Shown: piece after piece, positions 52,040 to 63,420 of the stretch
Position numbering within the stretch: the first letter of the stretch is position 1
Layout: each line of letters begins with the position of its first letter
Assembly: GCF_030144855.1 (NCBI RefSeq)
Contig: NW_026781634.1
Coordinates: 62,001 to 126,000 of the forward strand
From: Hypanus sabinus
Lineage: Eukaryota
Direction: 5' to 3'
Length of the DNA: 64,000 nt
Notes under the pieces: generated by a model
What the model was told of the DNA's origin: nothing
Seen by the model: the letters and a program-made list of their open reading frames with translations, nothing else
The model's database searches: none
Made by a program: the position numbers and the translations under genes

Positions 52040-52770
52040 TTCATTGATCTAAAAGGGAATTACAGTGTTACACTGGCATTAGAAGTGCACAAACATGTAA
52101 GTATACAAATATGAGAAGAGAAGCTGAAAAGAATAAAAATTAAGCAACTGAAACAGTCTAACAGGAGAGAGTAATCACATCCCCGGCTACAGATTGACTT
52201 ATTATAGAGTCTAATGACCGAGGGTAAAGATGACCTCATATAGCGCTTTTTGGAACAGCATAGTTGTCTTAGTCTAGTACTCAGAGTACCCCTATATTCA
52301 GCCAAGGTGACATGCAGAGATGGAGAAACATTGCCCAGAACTGCCAGGATTTTCCGAAGGGTCCTTTGTTCTACCACAGCCTCCATGTGTCTAGTGTGAC
52401 TCCTATAACACTGTCAGCATTTCTGTTCAGTTTATTGATCCTGTTGGCATCACCCGTGGTGATCCCATTCTCCAGAACACCATATATAAGAGATTATACT
52501 AGTGACACCAGACTGGTAGAACATGTGAAGGAGAGGCCTGCATGCGAAAAATGAACGCTATCTCCTCAGGAAGTAGAGGCAACTCTTTCTTTTCTTGTAC
52601 CCAGCCATGTGTTGGCTCTCCACTCTAGTCTGTCATCCAGGCTCTTGTCCTCACCACATCCACGTTCTCACCATCAGTAGTAACAGGGAGCCGTGAAGGT
52701 CTGGTCTTCCTATGGTATGTCAACATCTCCTTTGTCTTACTGAGTTGAACTGCAGATCATCTTTTCTGAT
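52040..52770 (-). mobile_element. Rex/Babar-type LINE 3' fragment, intronic
   Basis: VVEQRTLRKILAVLGN.S.SLH...RLRQLCCSKKRYMRS.LP.VIRLYN is a typical ORF2 C-terminus. Confidence 0.7.
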
Positions 52771-52779
52771 TACTATCCT

Positions 52780-53290
52780 CCTAAGGGATCTCCGTACCCC
52801 ATCTCCCATCCTCCTGTGGGATATCACTTCCCTCGTCACGTTCTTCCTGTTAGGATCTCTCTTCCCCATCCGCCTTACTTCTGTGTGATCTATTTCTCTA
52901 CCTCTTCTTCCTGTTGGGATCTCTCAGCCTCATCCCCCATTCCTTTTAAGAGATCTCCCTCCCCATCCCACTTCCTCCTGAGAGATATCTCTCCCCATCC
53001 CCTTTTCCTCCTGAGGGATCTCCCTCCAAATACCCCTTTCTCCTCTGGGATCTCCCTCCCGATCCTCCTTCCTGCTGAGGGATTTCTTTCCCCATTCCCT
53101 TCCACCTCTGGGATCTCTCTCCCTCACCCCTTCTGCTAGAGGATTCTTCCCAATCCCCCTTCATCCTGAGTGATCTCTGTCCCAATCCCCCTTCCTCCTG
53201 AGGGATCTCACGCCCCCCAACCCCTTTTCTCCCATGGGGATCTCACTTTCCCCATACCCTTTCACTCCTGTTGAATCTCTTCCTCGATCA
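52780..53290 (+). repeat. Degenerate pyrimidine-rich ~30-bp repeat upstream of the LRR exons
   Basis: Recurrent cctcctgagggatctc(cc/tc)tcccc units. Confidence 0.75.
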
Positions 53291-53589
53291 TCCCGTTTCC
53301 TTTGTTATCTATCTGTTCCAGTGCTTTTACTCTGGTGGAGTCACTTACACCATCACCTCTGGACATTTTCCCACCCACAACTCCTTGTTGTGGGAAACAA
53401 AATGTGGTAAGTTTACAGGGACAGAACGACAGACTAAATTACTAACATTCGGTGACTAACCTGGAGCTGAGCAATTCCGATCAGTGATTATCAGAGGTTT
53501 TAATGTTTCCTCATATCTCCAAGTGATGAAAATCCCTCAGACCCACCGTTGGAATCACTTGATTCATCAAATTGTCTGTTTGAGTTTAG

Positions 53590-53676
53590 ACTTGGGTGGA
53601 ATGAACTGGGAGATTCAGGAGTGGAACTGGTGTCTGCGGCTCTGATGAACCCGGAGTGTAAAATACAGAAACTGTG
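53590..53676 (+). CDS. LRR exon 1 (87 nt, RI-type LRR)
   Basis: tttag acceptor, TG|GTAAGT donor. LGWNELGDSGVELVSAALMNPECKIQKL. Confidence 0.9.
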
Positions 53677-53805
53677 GTAAGTACCAGACTGTGGGAGATT
53701 GTGTTTACCGTCACTGGGTGTCTAATACTGAACATTAATATGATCAGTTGTCAGTACCATCTCCTGTCTCTCTGTGTCCTGCCCCTCACTCTCTCTCATC
53801 TCCAG

Positions 53806-53976
53806 GCTAAACCACGTGGGTATCACCGATTCTGGTGCTGAGGATCTCATCTCCGCACTCAGTACAAACCGGTCACTGACAGTTCTGAACCTGAGTGGTA
53901 ATGACCTGGGAGATTCAGGAGTGGAACTGGTGTCTGCGGCTCTGAGGAACCCAGAGTGTAAAACACAGAAACTGGG
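53806..53976 (+). CDS. LRR exon 2 (171 nt)
   Basis: ctccag acceptor, GG|GTAAGT donor. LNHVGITDSGAEDLISALSTNRSLTVLNLSGNDLGDSGVELVSAALRNPECKTQKL. Confidence 0.92.
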
Positions 53977-54130
53977 GTAAGTACCAGACCGTGGGAGATT
54001 GTGGTTATAGTCACAGGGTGTCTGACACTGACCATGAATGTGCTCAGTAAATGTGTTTTGATAAACACTGGGGATTTGTACCGTCTCCTTTCTCTCTGTG
54101 TCTGTCACTCTCACTCTCTCTCATCTGAAG

Positions 54131-54301
54131 GCTAAGGGAGGTCAGTCTCACAGATTCTGGTGCCGAGGATCTCTCCTCTTCCCTCAGTACTAACCGATCA
54201 CTGACGGAACTGGACCTGAGTCGGAATGAACTGGGAGATTCTGGAGTGAAACTGGTGTCTGCGGCTCTGGGAAATGCAGAGTGTAAGATACAGAAACTGG
54301 A
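54131..54301 (+). CDS. LRR exon 3 (171 nt)
   Basis: tctgaag acceptor, GA|GTAAGT donor. LREVSLTDSGAEDLSSSLSTNRSLTELDLSRNELGDSGVKLVSAALGNAECKIQKL. Confidence 0.88.
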
Positions 54302-54324
54302 GTAAGTATCAGACTGGGAGGTAG

Positions 54325-54723
54325 TGACACCAGAGATACCACACTTCCCGGCCCCTCCCTGTTTGACCAGCTGCCTTCCAGAAAAAGGTCCAGAACACTA
54401 AAAGCCAGAATAAATAGACTGAGGAACAGCTTCTACCCCGGAGCAGTGGCCACCATCACACCACTCCCACAGAACAATGACTGAAACTGTGAGCACGCAC
54501 ATGCACACACAAGGACTCAAATACTTGCAATAGAGGCACTTTGGGCATTATTGTGATATTCCGGTGCTGCAGCAACTTATTTACTGCTACTTATGTAGTT
54601 AATACTGTTTTTCTATTACTGTCTTGTTTTTATCTACCGCTTTACTTAATTGCCTGAGAGGAAGCCAAACAGAGATTCATTGTATCTATGTATAATGACA
54701 ATAAAGATCATTCATTCATTCAT
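54325..54723 (+). mobile_element. LINE 3' end inserted in the intron between LRR exons 3 and 4
   Basis: HPGPSLFDQLPS.KR.R.LKAR.NRLRNSFYP.AV-like C-terminus, AATAAA and (TTCA)n tail. The sibling LRR introns lack it. Confidence 0.75.
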
Positions 54724-54846
54724 AGTCACTGGTTGCCTGACACTGAATATTAATGTGATCAGTGATTGTGTTGCTCATAAACACTAGGGATCTGTACCGT
54801 CCACTATCTCTCTACATCCTTCACCCTCACTCACTCTCATCTCCAG

Positions 54847-55017
54847 CCTGGACGATGTTGGTCTCGGAGACGCTGGTGCGGAATATCTCGCCTCCGCTCT
54901 CAATACAAACAGGTCACTGACGCAGCTGAACCTGAATGGAAATAAACTGGGAGATTCAGGAGTGAAACTGGTGTCTGCAGCTCTGAGGAACCCGGAATGT
55001 AAAATACAGAAACTGCA
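54847..55017 (+). CDS. LRR exon 4 (171 nt)
   Basis: ctccag acceptor, CA|GTAAGT donor. LDDVGLGDAGAEYLASALNTNRSLTQLNLNGNKLGDSGVKLVSAALRNPECKIQKL. Confidence 0.92.
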
Positions 55018-55151
55018 GTAAGTACCAAACTGTGGGAGATTGTGCTTACATTCTCCGGGTGTTTGACACTGAACATTAATGTGATCAGTAATAGTGTTAC
55101 TGATATCGTCTCTTGTCGCTGTGTCCTTCACTCTCACTCTCTCACATCCAG

Positions 55152-55319
55152 GCTGTGGGGTGTTGGTCTCACAGATTCCGGTGCTGAAGATCTCGTCTCC
55201 ACTCTCAGTATGAACCGGTCACTGACAGGGCTAAACCTCGGATGGAACTCACTCAAAGACCGATCTGCTCCCGCTCTCTGCCGCCTCATAGAGACCCTCC
55301 CGAATCTGGAGCGGATCGA
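55152..55319 (+). CDS. LRR exon 5 (168 nt)
   Basis: atccag acceptor, GA|GTGAGT donor. LWGVGLTDSGAEDLVSTLSMNRSLTGLNLGWNSLKDRSAPALCRLIETLPNLERI. Confidence 0.9.
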
Positions 55320-55631
55320 GTGAGTGTTTGTGTTAATATTCAGTGTGGTAAAATATCTGCAGATCCGCGAGATATCTGCCGATACTTGTCTATGAGTGTT
55401 GTTGAAAAACTTTTTAAAAATTGATACATTTACGGGATGTGGAATGTGGGCGTCACCAGCTGAGCCAGGATTTATTGCTCACCCGCAGTTGCCTTTGAGA
55501 AGGTGGTGAGGACTTCTTGAAGCACTGCGGTCCCTATGGTGCGGGTATACCCACAGTAGATTAACCCCAGTCCCTGTTACTGATACTGTTTTATAAGCTG
55601 TTTATTTCGCTGATTGTTCCATCTGTTTCAG

Positions 55632-55719
55632 GCTGCGGTACAATCAGTTCAGTTGGAATGGAAAGGAGGAACTGAGGTCTCTGCAGGAACGCAGACCTGG
55701 ACTGGACGTGATCCTGTGA
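55632..55719 (+). CDS. NLR terminal coding exon
   Basis: ctgtttcag acceptor. LRYNQFSWNGKEELRSLQERRPGLDVIL then TGA at 55717-55719. Confidence 0.85.
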
Positions 55720-56200
55720 ACATCTGCTTGTGGGATGGGAAGATTTTACCCTCCCTTTTAATGGCAGCCCTGTAGATTTAACTCCCAATGGTTGTAATGG
55801 ACCCTGTCTCCAGACAAGACCTCGGCGATGACTGAAGTGATCTGCAGACACGTAGTCCCACATTCCCTGCGGCGGCACAGCTTTCGCTAGATGTCCGGGT
55901 GCAGGTTTCGCCAGGGGGACCCTTGGGAATTACACCACGAGGGTTGGGAGTCTGGCCGATATAATACCTCGACAGTGACCCTGGATCTGCAGCAATCTCA
56001 GACGCTGCCCTGATGTGTGATTTTATAATCATCAGTTCCCCGATGCAGAATGACGGTGAGAAACGGGAGTGATTATTCAACCTGTCACTCGTTGTCACTG
56101 TTCAGTTTATTGTGAGTGACTCTCAGTAAATCGGCAGCAGCTTATTTATTCCCCCAAACCGGTAGGACACATGTTGTTTAATACATATTTGACATGATAA

Positions 56201-56206
56201 AATAAA
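56201..56206 (+). promoter_or_regulatory. Probable poly(A) signal of the NLR gene
   Basis: AATAAA about 480 nt after the stop codon, followed by GT/T-rich sequence. Confidence 0.55.
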
Positions 56207-56889
56207 TTAATCTTCCTGTCTTGATGTCTGACCTGAGTTGTATTTGATGCATAGTGACCTGAGGTTACTGCTGACCCATGAACCACATTCACTGCAACAG
56301 TTGTCCTGAGCTCCTCACAGTGGCACAGCACAGTCTCACCTCCAGGCTGAGGGAGGTCAGTCTCACAGTATCGCGTCCCTCTCCCCGTCTCAGAAACTCC
56401 TTTCTGAAGAGGAAGGATGAGTGTAAGCGGTTTTTAGTTTCTGTACCCCTCTCACTGGAAGTTTTACCACACGTGGTTCCTGGTCTTCATATGGCAAACA
56501 GTGAAATTTACCGGGGTGGTTCCTCATCTGTCTACTCACCTGGAGTTTTACTGAGCATGTTTCCCAGCCTCTGGATTCTCCCTCCACAACGCTTGGAGTA
56601 ATAACTCACAGAATCTGGAGGTGATTTATATTTATATGAAGTATATTTATTATTTCTGATAAACAGTCCTTGAATTCCAGTGGAGGGTGGTCAAGAGAGT
56701 CTTTCATTTCAGAGACCCCCGATTGAAAATGGTCTCTAGGGAGAAAACAAAGCAAGGATATAAAACGTTCACCTGGGAGGGAGGGAAAAAACTGTCTGAA
56801 GAAGGCTGCCAGGGAGAGGGTGCTGGGCTAATTGAAAATGTTGGTCATGGAAGAATCGATGGGCTGATTGACAATGGGCATCATTGCCA

Positions 56890-57720
56890 ATCGATGACTT
56901 ACAAAGTAGCCGAACAAATAGTGGATGTATTAGTGATAATTTTTCAAAACTTTAGATTCTATATTAGTTTCTGAGAATTGGAGGGCAAACGTAACCCCAC
57001 TTTTTAAGGAAGGAAGGAGAGAGAAACCGGGGAATTATAGACCGGTTAGTCTGACTTCGGTGGTGGGGAAAATGCTAGAGTCAGTTATCAAAGATGTGAT
57101 AACAGCACATTTGGAAAGCGGTGAAATCATCGGGCAAAGTCAGCATGGATTTGTGAAAGGAAAATCATGTCTGACGAATCTATAGAATTTTTTGAGGATG
57201 TAACTAGTAGAGTGGATAGGGGAGAGCCAGTGGATGCTGTATATTTGTATTTTCAAAAGGCTTTTGACAAGGTCCCACACAGGAGATTAGTGTGCAAGCT
57301 TAAAGCACACCGTATTGGGTGTATGGTATTCATATGGATAGAGAATTGGTTGGCAGACAGGAAGCAAAGCGTGGGAATAAACGGAACCCTTTCAGAATGT
57401 CAAGCAGTGACTAGTGGGGTACCGCAAGGCTCAGTGCGGGGACCCCAGTTGTTTGCAATATACATTAATGATTTAGACGAGGGAATTAAATGCAGCATCT
57501 CCATGTTTGTGGATGACACAAAGCTCACACCAGCCTGCGCCGCTCTGGAGAAAACAACACAAGTTTGTCCAGCCTCTCGTTATAGTTCATGCCCTCTAAT
57601 CCAGGCAGTATCCTGGTAAGCCTCTTCTGCGCCCTGTCCAAAGCCCCGATATCATTCCGAAAATGGGGGCAACAAGAACTGTATGAAACACTCCAGATGT
57701 GGTCTAACTAGTTTTATGAA
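56890..57720. mobile_element. CR1 fragments (+ strand RT, then - strand 3' part)
   Basis: [31 protein letters not shown]...[19 protein letters not shown]. Confidence 0.88.
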
Positions 57721-57724
57721 ACCG

Positions 57725-58489
57725 TGTCACGAACTGTAACGTTTTAGAAACGAACCAGCAGCAATAGAGTTCGCACCGGAGTCTGGTTTTGATGTTAAAA
57801 TCACTCTCTTTATTAGTATCTACTTATAATATTGTAACTTAATGAAATAAATGAAAGTTAACAGTGTTATGTGTAGATACGTGTAAATGTATCTCACAGA
57901 CTATCGAGCGTGAGGGAACAAAGCTTAGAGTCTTGAGATGGTAAAGTAGGAAAGTTCAGTAATCCACGGAATAAATGATGGGACAGAGATATTTGTAATC
58001 CAGGGTGAAACGTAGAGAAAAGGCCGTTACTTCGACATAACCGTCGACGAAGTTCTTATCCGCTGAATCCGTCCAGATACGAGTTATCAGCGAAAGTGAC
58101 CTGTCACAGGAATACCGTCTTCCCGGGGTTACCACACAACATACCCAGGCGAGGGTTAATACAAGATATTCCCAAATCCACTGTTATGGATTATACGAAG
58201 TGACAGCCACACACATTCGTTGTGGTTCCGTGTACCGATGATCAACGCTCTCTTGCGGGCATAGCAGAGTTCCAAGCCTCAGCTGCGACTAACTGAAGCG
58301 ATCAGCTTTTCCGGTCTCTCTCTCTCTCTAAGTCTGACTGACTGCCTGTCTGCAGATCGCTCTCTCTCTCATGGTTAATCCACAGTCAGCGCTGTCAGCC
58401 TGTGACTGACGTCATAGTCCCGCCTCCTCACGCCGGCGCTCTTAAAGAAACAGTCACAGTACGACCGCAGGCTCGGAACGGCTGCAACA
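57725..58489 (-). mobile_element. Probable solo LTR interrupting a CR1 fragment
   Basis: TG...CA termini (tgtcacg ... tgcaaca), minus-strand AATAAA at ~57810, ctcttaaagaaacag near the other end. CR1 sequence resumes on both sides. Confidence 0.65.
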
Positions 58490-60247
58490 CAACTTCCCGA
58501 CTTTTGAACTCAATGCTTCAACTAATAAAGACAACCACGCCATTTGCCTTCATAACCACCCGATCAATCTGTGCAGTCTCTCTCAGGGAGCGATGAACTT
58601 GGAGTCTGAAATCCCTCTGATCATCAACACTTCTGGATTTTGCATTTAACAGTGTACTGTCTCATACATTCGACCTACCGAGCTGCCGAGATGATCATCA
58701 CTAATCAAATCTCACTGAGATTTCTCAGGTCCTCTTGAATTTATTGCCAAGTGCACAAGTACGGGAAGGTACAGGGACAGAGAAATACTGACTTGTGGCA
58801 GCATCACAGGCAAGTACATTCGGATAACACACGGAACAGAAATATACGATTCTCTGTCAGTAAAACTCTATAAATATGCAATATGTCATTAACAATATAA
58901 AAATACATTGTGTCATGATCAATATTAAAATGTGCATTTGTGTCAATAACAGACTTGGAAATGTTGAATTTGGTCCCTGTCTCCATTCCCCCTGTAATCC
59001 ACAGCCAGCTCCTTTGTTTTTGTCACAATGAGGGAGAGGTTGTTTTCTTGACACCACTGTGTCGGGGTGATGTCTTCTTCTCTATACGCTGCCTCGTTAT
59101 TTGGATTCAATGTAGTGCAGCCAGCAAATGTAATTAGCAGATTGGAACCCGCCACTGCAGTCCCACAGTGCACTGAACTCTGGGGAACTCCAAACGCTAC
59201 CTCCTTCCAGTCTGAAAACGACCCACTCATCCAGACACACACTACCGGCAGTTTATCGATCTCCAACGAAAAAGCCTAATCACCTACTCCCGATGTTCAA
59301 TACCATTGCTGTCTCTGAGTTTACTACTGTCAAATGCCGGGAGGGACATAATAATCAGAAAGTCTCCAGTCACAGCCGTGTATATAAAATGTGATCTCAG
59401 TAGGTGTGTGGCGCATGCTCAGAATGCGAAGGAGACAGACAAACAGCCAAGTCACAGACTAATGAAGGGGAGGAATGATTCATTTTGATACAGAGAGAGA
59501 AGCAGAGAGTTTGATATTGTGCCTGATGCCGGAACTGTGGCCAGTTAGAGGATGAAGTCTTTTTCCTCCGCAACAAGGAGGGAACGACCACGTGTCCATG
59601 TCCGTGATCTGACTTGATCCATTGCCATGACGTTGATAGCCGTTTGACGTCATTCATCGCAGATACACCAACAACTTCGCCCTGGGAAGCGGCCGTTCAA
59701 CTGCTCCGTGTGTGTGAAGAGACTCATTCAGTTAACCCACCTTGTCATGCTCCGGTGAGTTCGCAATAAATAGAAGCCACATTTCTGTCCGGAGTGAGCA
59801 AAGAGATTTACTCAATCATCCCAGCTGCTGCAACACCAGCAACTGCACGTCAGGGAGGAAGTTCAAATCATCTGTGTGTTAAACGTTTAACCATCACGGT
59901 GACTAAAGGCAGCTGCAGGTTCATAAGGGACTGTTACTGTCAAATTCTGCAGTTCTTGCGACTGCTCATCGCCCCCAGGACTGAACCCTGGTCATTGAGC
60001 ATTGCAGGGGTCCGTTCTGCTGATGTTAGACGTAAACTAGACTGGTGTTTAATATTCTGAATCTGTGAAAGATAAATCACTTCTGTATCAAATTCCATGT
60101 CTCACTGGAGAGGCCACTTGGCCCATCTTGCTCCTGCTCATGTTTCTGTTCCATATCAGTATATGAAAATCTACCCCTGCCGTTCCCCTCTCACCCTCCC
60201 TGAGATGACAGGTTGCAACTAGTCACCACTCTATGGGATAGAAGATT

Positions 60248-60525
60248 TGTTACGTACCCCGTAACTGGGTGTTTAAACAGCAGAGGAAGAAGAATTCGTT
60301 GGAGTCTGGTGGTACCAAACTAAAGATGTTTATTTATAAAAATAAGCAAAACCATAACAATAATGCAAAGATACTTATAAAACAAGTTGGCAGTAATAAG
60401 CCTCAAAGTGTAGGAATAATATTAAGCAATAATAAACAAACTCTATTGATGTCTAGGGGTAAATGTATTGTCATAGAAAAGTATGAAGTTCAGTTCAGTT
60501 CATGAGTACTGATGTAGTTATGGTT
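60248..60525 (-). mobile_element. LTR-like end running into the assembly gap
   Basis: Begins tgttacg and shares cagcag...ggagtctgg...tttatt with the 57725 element. Confidence 0.5.
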
Positions 60526-60708
60526 NNNNNNNNNNNNNNNNNNNNNNNNNNNNNNNNNNNNNNNNNNNNNNNNNNNNNNNNNNNNNNNNNNNNNNNNNNN
60601 NNNNNNNNNNNNNNNNNNNNNNNNNNNNNNNNNNNNNNNNNNNNNNNNNNNNNNNNNNNNNNNNNNNNNNNNNNNNNNNNNNNNNNNNNNNNNNNNNNNN
60701 NNNNNNNN
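60526..60708. other. Assembly gap (183 N)
   Basis: Run of N. Confidence 1.
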
Positions 60709-61199
60709 ACAGAACGAAGGAGGGATAGAAACTAATGTATTCATATCCTGTTCAGTATCAACACGGCGCTGCCAACACGGATCCGCCGCAGGACAGAGAA
60801 TATTCGAATAAAGAATACCGTCAAACACCTGATGTGTAGAAAAACATATCACACGGTGCAGACAACAAAAGTAAGCAAATATCATTCATAAGTGAAGCTC
60901 CTGAAAGTGATTCCACAACCACGAAGCCACTCATCACCGCAGCCGATTCAGGAGTCCATTAGATGCAGGCCAGCGCCGATATCAGTAAACCTGATCGAGC
61001 GGTGAGTTGAACCAGCCCTTCCCTCGCTCCCAGCCCCGACACCACGACGGGTTCAATCTGACACGGCAGTTAAATTGTTCAAATTGCCGATCGTTCTTCG
61101 CTTACAGCCCAGGGCCCTGCCACTTGCACATTTTGACTACAAAGTTAACCAGGAATGCAACAAAAATAAAACGAGGTACAGATATAAAAGATGATATAT

Positions 61200-63420
61200 C
61201 AGGGTAATCCAGTCAGTTACATTAAGGAATAAACCAAAAGTCTTTGTCAAGTATTCAGTATGAGAGAGGCAAGAATGGATATTGGCAGTGCTGAGGCAAT
61301 GACAATGAGAATGGGAATGACAGTGCTGAGTGTGTAATGCAGTTCAAAGAAATGTCGGATGAAAATAACTATTATGCCTCAGCCTTCACTGTTAAACACA
61401 CCAGCAATATACTTAAAAGTCGCGAATGTCAGAGCGCAGGGGTGGGTGTATTTGCTCTTGGTAACGAGTAGGTACTTGGGATGCTGAAAGGTTTGACAGT
61501 ATATAGGTCACCTGGACAAGATCGAGGAAACACCAGGGTTCGAAAAGGGATTTCTAAGGAGATGCTGAAGCTATTCGTAATGACCATTCAAGAATCACTA
61601 AATTCGGGAATTGTTCCAGCGGAATGGGAAATGTCAAATGTCCGTCCGCTATAAGAATGTGCTCGAGGCAGTAAATAGGAGACTATAGGTGAGTTATCCT
61701 GTTCTTCAATGACCCAGTCAGAGTCCTGACCTTAACCCAGTCGAACAGACCTGGGAAGTCCATAGGAGTGTTAAACACTGGCGCTCCACAACCAACCTGG
61801 CATAGCTTGAACAGTTTTGCGAGGTGTAATGGGGCATATCTTCCTTCATTCTGCTGTGTAAAGTTCATAGAGAATTATCCCAAGCAATATACTGGCTGTA
61901 ATATCATTAAAATGATTGAACTAGGTACTGAGAAAGGTGCTATGAATACTTTCTATCTGCTAACACTTCAGTTGTTGAGGTTTTTTTTATGTCTTTTACA
62001 TTTACAATAATCTCCGCTTTTAGGTGATTCTGTGGAAAAGAAAAACAGAAAATTCACAAATAAAGACTCTCAGTTCAATTGATCAAACTCTCTGTATGCA
62101 ATACGCAAAAATGTGAATGCCGTTTTGTTTTTAATCACTTCTTTCCGAGGGAAGCAACTATGCTTTCATCTTATCTATGTCAGTCATGAGCTGTTAAACC
62201 TGTATCAGCTCACCCTTCAAACTTCTACGGTCCATGGAATTTGCAAAGTTCTTGTATTTCAGACCCAAAAGTAAGGAACATCCTGGTAAACCCTTTATGT
62301 TTTAATGAAATCTTAACTTCAGCACAATGATCAACTCTGTACCGAAAAGTCAAAGTGCGCCACATCCACGTATTGCATAAAAGCAACAAAACTTCCTAAT
62401 TCCTACCAACAGACAATCTGCAAATGCTGCAAATCCTAACAACACCACAAACTGCTGGAGGAACTCAGCAGGCCAGGCAGCAGCGATGGAAAATGTAGAG
62501 TCCATTTTTCGTAGCCGAGGTCGTTCATCAGGAATACAAACACCTCAGTTTTTTTTTTCCTTCCTGTCCTAATGAAGGGTCTCGATCTGAAACATCGACT
62601 GTAACCTTTTAGATAGATGTTCCCTGGACTGCTGAGATCCCTCAGCATTTTGTGAGTATGTCTCGAATCCTATATTTATTAGTCCTCTGAATAAAAAAAA
62701 GTATTTCATCACTCTATCTAGCTGTGCCATTGTTTTCAGTAAACGATGCTTTTGCATCCTCGGCCCCTCCCTTTCCCTGGATTCCATTCTTCACTGTGTA
62801 CATCCTACACTGGTTTTAAGTTCCACGATGCAATGCTTCACATGTAGTTGTCTGAACTCTATTTGCCAATCCACAGCCCACGTTGCTAAATAATCCCCTT
62901 ATGTTTTTTTTTCATTGTCAGCTAAACTAGTATAACAACAGCAACTTTAGTATCATTTGAAAACTAAGCATGCCTCACATATCCACACTCAAATAATTAA
63001 TATAATGTTTAAAGCACAGATGTCCTGGAACTAGCCCCTGTGATACAACATTACAGTCAAGTCTCATTTCTGAGAAACAAACTTCAAGTATCATCCTCTG
63101 CTTCCTCCCGCGGAGGTAATTGTGAACCCAATCGGCTCAGTCTTTCAACTATCATCCTCTGCTTCCTCCCACTGAGGTAATTGTAAACCCAATCCGCTCA
63201 GTCTTTCAACTATCATCCTCTGCTTCCTCCCACTGAGGTAATTGTAAACCCAATCCGCTCAGACTATCAACTATCATCCTCTGCTTCCTCCCAGTGAGGT
63301 AATTGTGAATCCAGTCCGCTCAGTCTTTCAACTATCATCCTCTGCTTCCTCCCACTGATGTCATTGTGAACCCAATCCGCTCAGTCTTTCTCGATCCCAC
63401 GCTATCTAACCTGTTAGACT
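61200..63420. mobile_element. Highly decayed CR1 fragments with a Penelope-type palindromic repeat at ~62415-62660
   Basis: Residual KSPG.D / W..ANV.PL-like sequence on +, RT-like sequence on -, and an inverted gctggaggaactcagcagg pair. Confidence 0.55.
63089..63390 (+). repeat. 61-bp minisatellite, 5 units
   Basis: tatcatcctctgcttcctccc starts at 63089, 63150, 63211, 63272 and 63333. Confidence 0.95.

Larger units (their letters stand above)
41280..55719 (+). pseudogene. CARD-like/NACHT/LRR NLR immune receptor gene (NLRP3-like/NLR-C type), 11 coding exons, with an in-frame premature TAG (probable pseudogene or null allele)
   Basis: Exons 41280-41340, 42177-42343, 43247-43418, 43518-43583, 49749-51474, 53590-53676, 53806-53976, 54131-54301, 54847-55017, 55152-55319 and 55632-55719 have AG acceptors and phase-compatible donors. 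They sum to 3048 nt (1015 codons plus stop). TAG at 49856-49858 is codon 192. AATAAA at 56201-56206. Confidence 0.85.

Noticed and set aside
59965-60030. tRNA gene on the minus strand (B-box-like GGTTCAGTCC)
   Set aside because: No cloverleaf or clear A box can be built. At most a decayed tRNA-derived SINE head.
63089-63390. CRISPR-like array (also 32501-32705 and 11879-12000)
   Set aside because: Head-to-tail units with no unique spacers, a vertebrate context and no cas genes.
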